DNA of 64,000 nucleotides, from contig CM035351.1 in assembly GCA_020137815.1 (NCBI GenBank), forward strand, positions 3,534,001 to 3,598,000. Direction: 5' to 3'. The position numbers and the translations under genes are program-made. A model generated the notes under the pieces. It was not told the DNA's origin. It saw only the letters and a list, made by a program, of their open reading frames with translations, and searched no databases. How positions within the stretch are numbered: position 1 is the stretch's first letter; every line of letters starts with the position of its first letter. The DNA is from Hormiphora californensis (lineage: Eukaryota; Animalia; Ctenophora). Below, in pieces: positions 12,783-23,548 of the stretch.

Positions 12783-14963
12783 TTATTCTCCGTACATGGT
12801 GTCAAACATCTGACTAAAGTGTCGTTTGAGTGACGGCCTCTTCTTCTTGAATGTCGGTGTAACCAAGTCATTCTCAACTGTCAGCGCAACGTCAACCAAC
12901 CGAATCTTGGAGATCAGTTCAAAAGTTTTTAGTTTTTGTCGAGCAGAAACATTGATGAACTTGAGGAATCGAGAATTCACCTCGGCATCCTCGAGGAGCT
13001 CCTTGTAAGAGAGACCTGGTTTGTCGGCCCACTTTACAAAAGGATCCTCGTTGGGTATCACAACAGCGGCGATGATTGGTTTCGTACTGTCCCCGTCAAT
13101 GAACATCTGCTGAACCAGCTCGTGCAGTTCGTAGATATTCTCAATCTTCTCTGGGGCAATGTACTCTCCGTGGGACGTCTTGAAGATGTACTTCTTTCTG
13201 TCGATGATCCTGAGACACCCCGACTCGGTCCACTCTCCGATATCCCCTGTATGAAGCCATCCCTCCGTATCCAGTGCTAGCCCCGTGTTGATTGGATCCT
13301 TGTAATAACCCTTGAACACATTCCTACCCTTCACACATACCTCGCCCTTTACCGTTGGTGAACAAAGTGTCCCGTTGTCTCACTGTCTACCAGTTTGATG
13401 TAGTTTGTTGGCAGGGGAGGTCCAACATGGCCTCCCTTGAAATCACCCGGCTGTGTGAAGGTGCATCCTGCAGTAGGACTCTGTCTGACCGTATCCCTCG
13501 TACACATTGCACCCGAAGACGGCCCGGAAGAACTGGAGGGTTTCAGGAAGGATCGGGTGCTGCACCAGTTGCTATCAAGGAAATCCGACCACCGAACGCA
13601 TCTCGTATCTTCTTAAAAATAATCTTATCCCAGATGTTTTGCTCAAAAACACCCCTGTTCAGATCCGCGTACTTACTGGCGAGGCCCCGTGCGAAAAGCC
13701 ATCGAACTATTGCTGGTTTCTCGTTGATCAGTCCCTGGATCCGATCCCTGAACTTGTTCAAGACCCGTGGTACAGCCGGGAAAACAGTCGGTTGAAGGAT
13801 CCGGATATCGTCAGGAAGATCCAGGGGATTCCCACTATAAAACCCAACAGCAGCACCGCTGGTGAAAACAAAGAGGTGGACACTCATCTCAAAGAGATGG
13901 CAAAGAGGAAGGTAACTAAAGTGGATTTGACCCGGAGATAAGAGGAAGTCACGGTTACTGGCAATGACACCCTGCCATTGTAGTTGCCATGTTCTCGTGG
14001 GTGATCACGGCACCTTTTGGTATACCTGCAGGGAGGGAAAAGTGTTAGTAAAGCTGCAGCCACCGGGAATTATTCAGAATTGTGAGCTACTTTGATTTTG
14101 AAACAGGGCACTGCACATTTTGCATTGGTCTAACACCCCCCCCCCCCCCCCCCCCCCCCCCCCGAGTGAACTGTCTGTTAAGAACGGGGTCGCCCGACAG
14201 GACGATATGATTAAAGAAGTGTTACCTGTGGTACCGCTGGTATAACAGATGGTGTAGATATCAGTTGTGGCAGGTGGGGTTGGCTCCTTCACGTCCCTGG
14301 ATCCACTCTCAATCATGTCTGCTACACTTCGTAATGACACACCCAGCTCCCTGAATTGTGCCTTCTCTGCCTCGGTCGGTTCGGACTTCATCTTGATTAC
14401 AGTTTTAACGCCGTGAGGTCCAGCTTGCAGGAAGTTTGCTACCTTTGCGATCTTATCAGGATGGGATACAATCACCTTGCAGTCTGTCTGCTGGATTATG
14501 TGACCCATCGCTTCATCTCCAAGGGTGTCATACATCGGTACCAGGACTCTGTTATAGAACACACACCCAAGCTGGGCGACCACCCAGTCAACACAATTAA
14601 TCCCAATTATCCCGACAAAGTTGTCACCACATTCCTTTACCAGGGCACTTCCAAAACTCTTTACCCTTTCCTCGAAGCTGTCCTGTAGCTGATCCACTGG
14701 TACTGCTCCCCAGACCGTGCCCCCAGACAATCATGATCAGGATTCATGTTATACCCACTGTAGAACGCCTCGTATAAACTCTTGACACCCCCAAATGGCT
14801 CTTCGTGGAGTTTGTCATCCTTGCAGAGGGTGCTGACCCGGACACCCCCACCAATATCCCGGGAATGGGGCCGGTCCGATCTGGAGGGGGAGGGTGGTGT
14901 TCGGGTGAGGGAGTAGAGGACAACGAGGGCAACGGACACCCCGCTAACTATGTAGGGTAACAT
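12783..14963 (-). CDS. Long-chain fatty acyl-CoA synthetase (ACSL1/5/6-like) with intron 14026-14225 and several 1-nt frameshifts
   Basis: N-terminal TM segment; motifs YQWISY, VPMYDTLG, TICYTSGTTG|IPKG, YLPLCHLFE, EGYGQTES, GEVCVKGRNVFKGYY, WLHTGDIG, IIDRKK...GEYIAPEKIE and VTPTFKKKR. Frameshifts near 14680, 13972, 13555, 13476 and 13385. Confidence 0.85.
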
Positions 14964-16239
14964 AGGGGATGTAGTCTGACATATTGGATCGGTGTGTGCC
15001 TAGAACGGTTGGGAGGGAGAGGGGTTTAGAGTTGGAAATATTCAGAAACATTATAGAGGTTATCATTCTTTAAAGAAGCAGCGAAATAAAATGTAGAGGA
15101 AAACAAACCACGGCAGCTTGAAACTAAAAAGGTATGTGATGTGGCCAAAATGAGCTGTATAACAATATTTGGCAAGTTCTATTTGATTCGCACTGTAAAT
15201 TCTGCCAGTTTTTCCTAATTCTAATCTAATCGAAATGATCCAGGGAAACTTTACACGGTCCGATGATCACAGAACAACAGTTGGATTGAAATCAGAACAA
15301 TGGTATGAAGTGAAATGAGGGAGATCAGTCTTCAGTAGCATTCAAGAAATACTACAAGAACTGTGTAGTTTCTAACGTGGACTCTCACCATTGAATCTCG
15401 ACTTTTGTATACACTTTTCGTGGTCCGTGGTTTGTGGTGAATATAATGTAGCATATTGTAACATTATAGTATTACATCTACACTTTACGAAGCGTCCAGC
15501 AGCTCTCTCACTTTTTCTCCCATTGTTACTCTGTATGGTATACGTCTGCTATCCCAAAGCGTGACTTCACTACCCAGAGAAGAGTTCTCACGACCATCAT
15601 TTGACAGGAGTTTGGTCATGTGCATTGTTATTAACCACCATACTATATTTCTCCTTCTTCAATTGCCGTTAATCGAGTTAGTTTCCGTCGAACTATGTTT
15701 CTTTATGAAATATCACACATATGCTTCTTGGCTTGCTACCATATTTTGTAATATATACGTTGTGTTACAGTGAATGAACTATAAAGTACCGTTAAGCTTC
15801 GTAGAGCATGAATCTCATCTAGAAAATTACAAGCCCTCATAAAGCCTCCTTCAGCAGTTATAAAACATAGGCGTCTCCCATCCTCAACAAATTTTGCACC
15901 TGTTTGTAAAATGAGTTGTAATGATGAGAAACAAAATGGTTAGGGTTAACAGGCATTTTTTCTTCTTTCTTTGAGCAACCTTCAGCATTATAATTTAAAT
16001 CAAAAGATGAAACACAGTATGGTAACATCTGTTGTCAAGAAGAGTGTGTAGATCCATGTTTTTGTTTAGCTAAGTTGAGCTCCAGCTTCTGCCACTAGGG
16101 ATGAATAGTGTACTACTCGTCCCTTACAGATGAAGGGGGCATCAGCAAACGTCAACAAATTTGGGGTGTAACGGCGCGGACGTGAAAGCTTGCTTTTTGC
16201 AGATATAATTTGTTTTAGTATTTCCCTAATGAGGACCAG

Positions 16240-16938
16240 ATGAAGGAAGCGGAGAAAGTGTTGACTCCTCTTGCACAGGACTGCTCCATGTCATTCTTCT
16301 CAGAGGAGGCCAAGAAACTTGAACCAAAGGTGACGATTAATGATTTGAACCCTGAACTACTGGAAAAGGAGACTATCCTGGCAGCAATTTTGGACAAAAA
16401 TGAGGATATCAGAAAGCTTTATCATGAGGATAAGAAGTTGAAAGTGGTGTTTGTGAGCGAGAGAGACAGGTATGCAGTGATCCAGATGGCTCCAGAGATC
16501 CGGAGGCTTTTGTCTAACAACGGTGATAAACTCAACCTAGGTCTTCGACAACATTTTGTCAAGAACAGGTATCATGTGATTCAATGCTATCACTGTCAAG
16601 GATACGGACATATAGCAGGCTCGATCTACTGTCCTCAGAAGGAAAACCCTGTGTGCTGCTTTTGTGCTGGAACACACCAGACAAAGGACTGTAGGGCAAA
16701 GAAGAACAACGAGACTGGTAAGATGAAGTGTGTGAACTGTGCGGTTGGAGGATCAAGAGAGGACAAGAAGTATGCGAGGACCCATACTGCTTCTAGTATG
16801 TGGTGTCCCTCGTACATCAATGAACGAGCACGGCTTATGGAGAGGACGTCAGGTGTAAGCAAAGAAGAAAAAAACCTGTACTGGACGAGGACAAAGGAGG
16901 AACTACACAGGAAAAGACTTGGAAGATTGGGACACTAA
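16240..16938 (+). CDS. LINE ORF1, C-terminal part (Gag-like CCHC zinc knuckles)
   Basis: QCYHCQGYGHIAGSIYC, CCFCAGTHQTKDC and CVNC...HTASSMWC. Confidence 0.85.
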   Translation: MKEAEKVLTPLAQDCSMSFFSEEAKKLEPKVTINDLNPELLEKETILAAILDKNEDIRKLYHEDKKLKVVFVSERDRYAVIQMAPEIRRLLSNNGDKLNLGLRQHFVKNRYHVIQCYHCQGYGHIAGSIYCPQKENPVCCFCAGTHQTKDCRAKKNNETGKMKCVNCAVGGSREDKKYARTHTASSMWCPSYINERARLMERTSGVSKEEKNLYWTRTKEELHRKRLGRLGH

Positions 16939-19862
16939 ATGTCCGCTCTCTCATTAACAAAACTGGAGGAGTTATTTCGCATCTGGAAGAGGAGGATTGT
17001 GATATTTGTCTTATACAGGAAACATTTTTGAAATCAACAGACACCGGAAAACTTCAAGAAATTAGAGATAATGGATGGGATATTTTCTCGTGCCCCAGAG
17101 GAGACAGAGGAGGTGGAGGAATTGGAATCCTTTTTAGAGATGGCATAGTTCTTCGACAGTGTCCGGTGAAGACTAAGTATAAGTCTTTTCAAGTTCAAGA
17201 GGTCCTGATCAGTGACAGAGATCAACCGAAGAGAATCTGTAATGTCTACCGACCTCCGTACACACCGAAGTCAAGACTTACAGAAGCAACCTTCCTATCG
17301 GAGTTTGGTGATTACCTATCCGAGCTTGTTATGAAGCAAGGTACTCCGATCATCGCTGGTGACTTGAACTTCCAGGTGCAGGATGCTAATAACTTCTATG
17401 CGAGGAAACTTTTGGAGCTGCTGGATTCATTTGATCTTCAACAAAGAGTGCCACTGTTACCTACTCACCGGCTTGGAGGAACCTTGGACTTGGTGATAAC
17501 TACAAGAGAGACTTCTCTAGGTGACATATCCATATTTCCTAATGGTACTACATCAGATCACTTCCTAGTACAGTTTGGGATTGAAGTGAGACCTGACCTG
17601 TCGAACTCCTGTCTGAAGAAGTCAGTATATCGAGAATACATGGATTACAAGTCAGTGGATTTGGAAGGATTTAAAGAGGATTTGCGGAAGGCTGATTTTG
17701 AAGGAGGTAGGGATCCAGAGGAGGGCGTGGTGAATTTCTATCGTTGGCTGGAAGGTATAGTGGAGAGGCGAGTACCGAGGAAGCGGGTGAGGATTGGGAA
17801 AAAGTTTAAGCCATGGAGGGATGAGGAACTTAGAGGATTACTTCGAGAGAGGAGGAATGCAGAACGGTGTTGGCGGAAACTCGGAACTGTGGATGCGAAA
17901 CGGAGATTTAATGACCTGAAGAAACTGTATGGAAAGATGGATAGGGAAAAGAGGTCACTTTTCATTAAAGAGGACTTGGTTGCTGCCAAAGGTGACCCAA
18001 AGAAATTGCAAAGTAAGCTCCAGAAACTTCTTGGAAAAGCTGAAACAATTCTTCCTGAAACAACAAACACCAAGAACTTGGCAGATGATTTCTCCCAGTT
18101 CTTTAGTTCCAAAGTGGAAAAAATTCGAACCCAAGTCAATGAGGAGCAGAAGCAAGCTGGCGACTTTGAGGAACCCGGAAAAGCCTGTCATTCAACGTGG
18201 AAGGAATTCAAAGAGATATCGGAGGAGGAACTTGTTAAGGTGGTGAAGTCTATGTCAAGCAAACATTGTGACCTTGATCCGTTGCCCACTTGGGTAGTAA
18301 AGGAGTGCATTAGGGATCTTGCTCCGGTATTAACATCGATGGTAAACCAATCTCTACATCAGTCTACAGTTGCGGAATCTCTCCAGAAGGCTATCGTGTT
18401 TCCTACCATCAAGAATATGTACGGAGATAGGGAAGCTCTCAGTAACTATCGTCCTGTCTCAAATATCCCATTCCTTTCTAAGCTCCTAGAAAAGGTGGTG
18501 CTCATGCAGCTGAATGAGTACCTTGAAAGCAATTCACTTCTGGGCAAGCATCAATCCGGTTATCGTGCTGGTCACAGTTGCGAAACTCTGTTAGCCAGCA
18601 TGTTTGATGATGTATTAGGTGAGATGGATAAAGGAAATGTTGTAGCTCTGATCTGTTTGGACATGAGTGCCGCATTTGATACGGTGGATCATGAAAAGTT
18701 GTTGGAGGTGTTGCAGAAACGGTTTGGAGTGGATGGTGATCCTCTTCAATGGTTTAGGAGCTACTTGAGTTCCAGATCTTTTAGAGTCTCAGTTGGTGAT
18801 TGTTTCTCGGATACCCTAGCCTTACTCTGTGGAGTGCCCCAGGGGTCCCTTCTTGGTCCAATTTTGTTTCTACTTTACATTGAAGCTGTGCAAGATATTG
18901 TGGAACCATATGGACTCCGGATAAAGTTATATGCAGACGACTCCCAGCTCTATGTGAGTCTGGTTCCTACGGATTCTACTGGCTGGTCTAGGACAAAGGT
19001 TGATATTGAGGAGTGTCTGGCGAAGGTGAAGAGGTGGATGGTGGGACAGTGGTTGAAGTGTAATGAGGCAAAAACGGAATTCATCCTGCTTGGAAAACGC
19101 AGTTCTTTGAGTAAAATCTCTTTCGATCCAGTTATCAACTTTGGAGGAACGGAAATCTTCCCCAGTGAATGTAGTGGAGCAGATGGGAAAACACTGGGAA
19201 TACTCTTGGATCACAATCTTAATCTTGAACGACAGGTTAATAATGTGAGGAAACAGTGTGGGCTGATACTACGGAATCTCTGGCAGTTACACAGATGTTT
19301 TGATATTCAAACGAAGATAATGCTGGTCAAACAATTGATTATATCGAGGATTGATTACAGTAATATTCTGTACTGTGGACTTCCGGCCCGAGTTCTTGGT
19401 GGGCTCCAGAAAACACTAAACTCCTGTGTACGCTTTATATTCAACATCCATGGACATCAAGAGGATTACTTGGAATACTTCAGGCAGTGTCATATTTTAC
19501 CCATCTCCTACAGACTGGACTTCAAAGCCTGTCTAATCGCTTATAAGATAGTCTATGGAACAGCACCAGGTTACCTCCAGGAAATGGTACCTCTTGATGA
19601 AAGCTGGGGAGTCTCCAGGACAACAAGGATGACTAATGTTATTGATCCTTACAGATTAAAACACCCCAAGATGACCAGTATCAACGCCAATTCTAAATTG
19701 AGACGTAGGAGACTATCGGTATTTCTGCCTACTATTTGGAATGAGCTACCCCTCGAGTTAAGGTCGATCCCCAACGTTGATACCTTTAAAGCTCGCCTGA
19801 AAACACATCTCTTCGTTGGTGCATTTGGAGTGGGTGATGGGGAACCCATGGCTGAGTTGTAA
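16869..19862 (+). CDS. LINE ORF2, APE endonuclease plus reverse transcriptase, in the -1 frame of ORF1 with no ATG before the APE motifs
   Basis: The frame is open from 16824: KTWKIGTLNVRSL...IQET...GDLN...LDL...SDH, then RT motifs NYRPVS, QSGYR, LDMSAAFD, GVPQGS and YADD. Confidence 0.9.
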   Translation, partial: KKPVLDEDKGGTTQEKTWKIGTLNVRSLINKTGGVISHLEEEDCDICLIQETFLKSTDTGKLQEIRDNGWDIFSCPRGDRGGGGIGILFRDGIVLRQCPVKTKYKSFQVQEVLISDRDQPKRICNVYRPPYTPKSRLTEATFLSEFGDYLSELVMKQGTPIIAGDLNFQVQDANNFYARKLLELLDSFDLQQRVPLLPTHRLGGTLDLVITTRETSLGDISIFPNGTTSDHFLVQFGIEVRPDLSNSCLKKSVYREYMDYKSVDLEGFKEDLRKADFEGGRDPEEGVVNFYRWLEGIVERRVPRKRVRIGKKFKPWRDEELRGLLRERRNAERCWRKLGTVDAKRRFNDLKKLYGKMDREKRSLFIKEDLVAAKGDPKKLQSKLQKLLGKAETILPETTNTKNLADDFSQFFSSKVEKIRTQVNEEQKQAGDFEEPGKACHSTWKEFKEISEEELVKVVKSMSSKHCDLDPLPTWVVKECIRDLAPVLTSMVNQSLHQSTVAESLQKAIVFPTIKNMYGDREALSNYRPVSNIPFLSKLLEKVVLMQLNEYLESNSLLGKHQSGYRAGHSCETLLASMFDDVLGEMDKGNVVALICLDMSAAFDTVDHEKLLEVLQKRFGVDGDPLQWFRSYLSSRSFRVSVGDCFSDTLALLCGVPQGSLLGPILFLLYIEAVQDIVEPYGLRIKLYADDSQLYVSLVPTDSTGWSRTKVDIEECLAKVKRWMVGQWLKCNEAKTEFILLGKRSSLSKISFDPVINFGGTEIFPSECSGADGKTLGILLDHNLNLERQVNNVRKQCGLILRNLWQLHRCFDIQTKIMLVKQLIISRIDYSNILYCGLPARVLGGLQKTLNSCVRFIFNIHGHQEDYLEYFRQCHILPISYRLDFKACLIAYKIVYGTAPGYLQEMVPLDESWGVSRTTRMTNVIDPYRLKHPKMTSINANSKLRRRRLSVFLPTIWNELPLELRSIPNVDTFKARLKTHLFVGAFGVGDGEPMAEL

Positions 19863-21325
19863 TGTTTGTTGTAGTTGTGGGGCCTGCGGGCAATCAGTGT
19901 CATTCTCTCTCTAGTCATGTTATTGAATCACTATCTGGTATCCTTTTTTGAGCAGGTGTGAGTATAGCGTGTTTAAAATTATATCTACAGGTTTATGGGA
20001 CCAGTTATTCCCCCAGTTTGATAAGTCCAGTTAATTTGGTTTTCCATATATTGTCTTTTTCAACCAGAGTTGTTCGTGTGCGATATTTATACTCTAGGAT
20101 ATACCGCTCTGATGACTCGTCGGAACATCGCCAATATTTTGACATGTTTCCGTCGGGTATGGGCGGTATATAAGTGCGGAATATTATTATTATTATTATT
20201 AGTAGAGAGTGATGACATGTTGTTTGTCCCTCCCACTTCTAACCCTCAGCTGCTTTTTGGTTCAGCGTGACAAGATCAAATCAAAAAGTGATGACAAGAA
20301 AAAGCAGCATAATGCAAACATTATTCTTGTTTCTATCCATTTCATTGTTTCCTAGGTTTTTTATTTCTACGCCCCTTTTTGAGCTCTTAGATCTTCTTTC
20401 TATCTTCTTTCTATCTTCCTGTGTTCCCCTATCTATTTTTACCTCTTGTTTAATTAGCAGCGCTTGTTATGGCCAAGGCGTGAAGACTGCAGTCCACCTC
20501 ATGTGGAATGGGAGTCGATTGTTCCAAGGCATGCATTATTGCTTTGTACATCGCTTCGAATTTCCAGTCGAAAATCGAACTTCTGGCTTCGTTTTCGAGG
20601 ATTTTCATGTTGGATTGGTTGAACTCTCTACCAGGATTCTACAATTGTATTTTTCTTTGTCTGTCTTCTATACAGTGTAGATCCATTTCAGCTACTATTC
20701 ATCCATTGCTAGTGCTGATAGCGTTAATATCGTTTATATACCGCACGTGCCGATAGTAAAACTCGTAATTTCTCGGCTAGATATTTGTCTGTTATCGATC
20801 ACTTTTCTCACTTCACTACTGTACCTCACCGCGATGCTGCCCATCTTTCCTATTGACAAATTCAGTTGATTATATACTGGTTATTGCACGACAGTTCTCG
20901 CCTTTATTATAAGACCTCTAAATTAGTCACACACTCGGCAAATTTGTCTTATTGGTTTACTACTGTCCCTCTTTTTTCTCTCTCAATAGTCTTAGCCATT
21001 ATCACATGTCCGACTCAGCTTTCCCCGGCCATTTCGCGGTTCTTAATTTCCTGACTACATGTGGCTTATAGTTTGTTGGAGCGGTGTGATGGCAATAAAA
21101 GTATTAAAGGCCTAAATACACGCTGAGCTACTTTTAGCACTTGGTATGAATTAGCTCATATAAGCCTAACGCGGTGCAATTAAAAATTCCCATTATAACG
21201 TAACGAGTAGAGCCTGAGTAGAGACATCTTTTGTCGTTTAAACGCCTTAAACTAGTATAGCATTGTAACTGAGTAGGTAGTAGTCTATTATTAAATTATA
21301 ATTAAGTAGAACCCTTAATCAAGAG

Positions 21326-22940
21326 ATGAACGATTCGTTGCCGCTGTCTGAGAGGCTAACTCTGATAATCTACGATGGAACCTGTACTTTCCTGACCCTC
21401 GTCTTCAACACTCTTGTCATCATTATAGTTGCAACCAAGGTTTGAGCTCCTACACTAACACTTCTATAGGAGGTTTTCTAATAATTATCAGTCCACTAAT
21501 TACAGATTAAAGTGCGATCGAGCCCCGCCAGTATCTGCCTCTTCGCTGCATCATTCTTTGGTCTCCTCTATGGTATCGGATTTCTCCTGTTTCATACCAT
21601 AGCATTGGTTGAAGGATGAGTGGCCTGGTTCTTTTGAGTGGTGCGTGACTGCCAGTATTCTTAGCTACTACATCGTGTACGGCATCATCTACAGCTCTAC
21701 ACTTGTCACACTGGAGGTAAGAGATAGTTTTATGAAGGAGTATTCAGTTTTATAAAGGAGCACATTTATGCAGTTATAAGCTGATTCGTACTAATTGACC
21801 TTATCTCTTATTACCAGACAGCATACATGATAGCTAACCCGTTTGGATACAACAAGGAAAGTACCCTAACTTTGGTTGTGATAAGCAGCGCTACTGCCTT
21901 TGTCTGGCTCATTCACCTCCCCATCATGGTCTGTCACTACTTTATTCTCTTCCCAGACGACATGCAGGCAACGCTCGAGAGCATGGGATTCCCGGGAGCC
22001 TTTGAGCACCATATCAAGGCCAAAGTCTTCCCGTATAACCCTAGTAAGAATGCACGGAGTAGGTACTGTGAACGACATTGGGTACAAGGTTCCAAGGACG
22101 CCACTATCATTGTGCTCTACATATTCGTACTGAATTGCCTCGCCATTTCTCTGATTGCAGTAGCGTACGTGGTAATAGCCGTGATTATTGTGAGGAGTAG
22201 AAAGACATTTGGCGATCGGGGAGATGACGAACAGGCTGCTAGGCAACGGAAACGTGCTCAGAACAAAAAACTTGCCCTTCGTGCGTTCTTCATCACATTC
22301 TGCACGTTGTTCCCATGGCTACCAAACCTCTTGGTATCCATACTAAATCGTATCCTAGCCGGGTATGATATTGGCCACAAGCTAAATTCCAATGAAGCAT
22401 ATCTAACATTCATGGACATCACAATTTACATGTACTTCATTATCCCCTGGGTCTCACCTTTACTAAACCTCGTTTTGGAACCAAAAATCAACAGCGGACT
22501 TAAATCTCTTCTCAAAGACGGCTTCAGGTAAATTCACACATTGCACCACTGATCGGGGGTCAGGTAAATTCACTCATTGCACCACTGATCGGGGGTCAGG
22601 TAAATTCACACATTGCACCACTGATCGGGGGTCAGGTAAATTCACACATTACACCACTGATCGGGGGTCAGGTAAATTCACACATTGCGCCACTGATCGG
22701 GGGTCAGGTAAATTCACACATTACACCACTGATCGGGGGTCAGGTAAATACACACATTACACCATTCGGGAGTTAAGAGCTAGCAAGATACACTAACCCT
22801 TCATATCCCTCAGAAAAAAGAAGAATCGAGTGAGAGCGACGATGAACGGATCTGTATTTCTTTCGAAAATGGCCAACTCTGTCCGACAAAATCAGAAAAA
22901 TGATGACGCTCCGGCTACTATAATTAAGTCCCCTATGTAA
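21326..22940 (+). CDS. 7TM GPCR (class A-like), paralog 1; exons 21326-21439, 21506-21716, 21818-22527, 22814-22940; +1 indel near 21614
   Basis: Seven hydrophobic segments, TLE|TAYMIANPFGY at the DRY position and FCTLFPWLPN in TM6. Exon 2 is 211 nt versus 210 nt in paralogs (extra G in gaaggatgag). Confidence 0.8.
22525..22764 (+). repeat. 36-bp minisatellite (6 full copies plus a partial) built from the GPCR1 exon-3 splice donor
   Basis: Unit caggtaaattcacacattgcaccactgatcgggggt at 22525, 22561, 22597, 22633, 22669, 22705 and partially at 22741. Confidence 0.95.
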
Positions 22941-23548
22941 GAAACGGACTTGTATAATTACTAATCTACATTCTACGTGCAGACTAAAATGTTTCTGGAA
23001 AATTTGGTGTGTTTATTAAATATTTATTCTCTAGTTATTGGTGTGTTAATGTAAATTGTTCCTTGTAATTTCCAATTAAACGAATGAGCTTGATTACAAA
23101 AAGTTCATCAAACAACATCAAACCTCATCCATACTATAAGCACAACTGTGCAACTATCACACAATATGGATAATGATACATCCCAGTGGAGACAACTATA
23201 ACAGTCTGGATAGTCACCATCTATAGCTACAACAATACCCACGGTGAAACCTCGACTAGCTATACTTTTTTGGAGACCGGACCTAGGTTACGTATTTTTG
23301 ACCGAGGAATCCGAAAAACATAAAATTAAAATCCGTGAGGTAGCCGCTTTTGCGTAAAACGGCAAAAACTGTCATTTTTCAGCGATTTCCGACTTTCTAC
23401 GCTTTCTGTAGAGATTTAAAAAATATTTCCTTACAAGATATGATCTTGTGCTTCTAGACTAATAAAATACAATCGATTTGCTACAAATTGGTCCTCGGTT
23501 TGTGTGATTTGGTCAAAAACTCTTTTTACTGTGGCCCATTAAAGATGT

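Larger units (their letters stand above)
16221..20200 (+). mobile_element. CR1/L2-group non-LTR retrotransposon, 5'-truncated within ORF1
   Basis: Zinc-knuckle ORF1, intact APE-RT ORF2, 3' UTR ending ggcggtatataagtg followed by an (ATT)n tail at 20183-20200. Possible short TSD ttagta at 16215-16220 and 20199-20204. Confidence 0.92.

Noticed and set aside
14135-14163. Poly-C run (poly-Gly in the ORF track)
   Set aside because: An intronic homopolymer within the ACSL intron 14026-14225.
13355-14688. Plus-strand ORFs over ACSL, and similar antisense ORFs over the LINEs
   Set aside because: Shadow ORFs of real coding sequence on the opposite strand, with no motifs of their own.
22525-22764. CRISPR-like 36-bp periodicity
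   Set aside because: The units are contiguous with no unique spacers, in a eukaryotic intron; it is a minisatellite.
23238-23548. Left end of a possible Tc1-like element (TA-CCCACGG...)
   Set aside because: No matching right TIR was found in the window, so boundaries cannot be supported.
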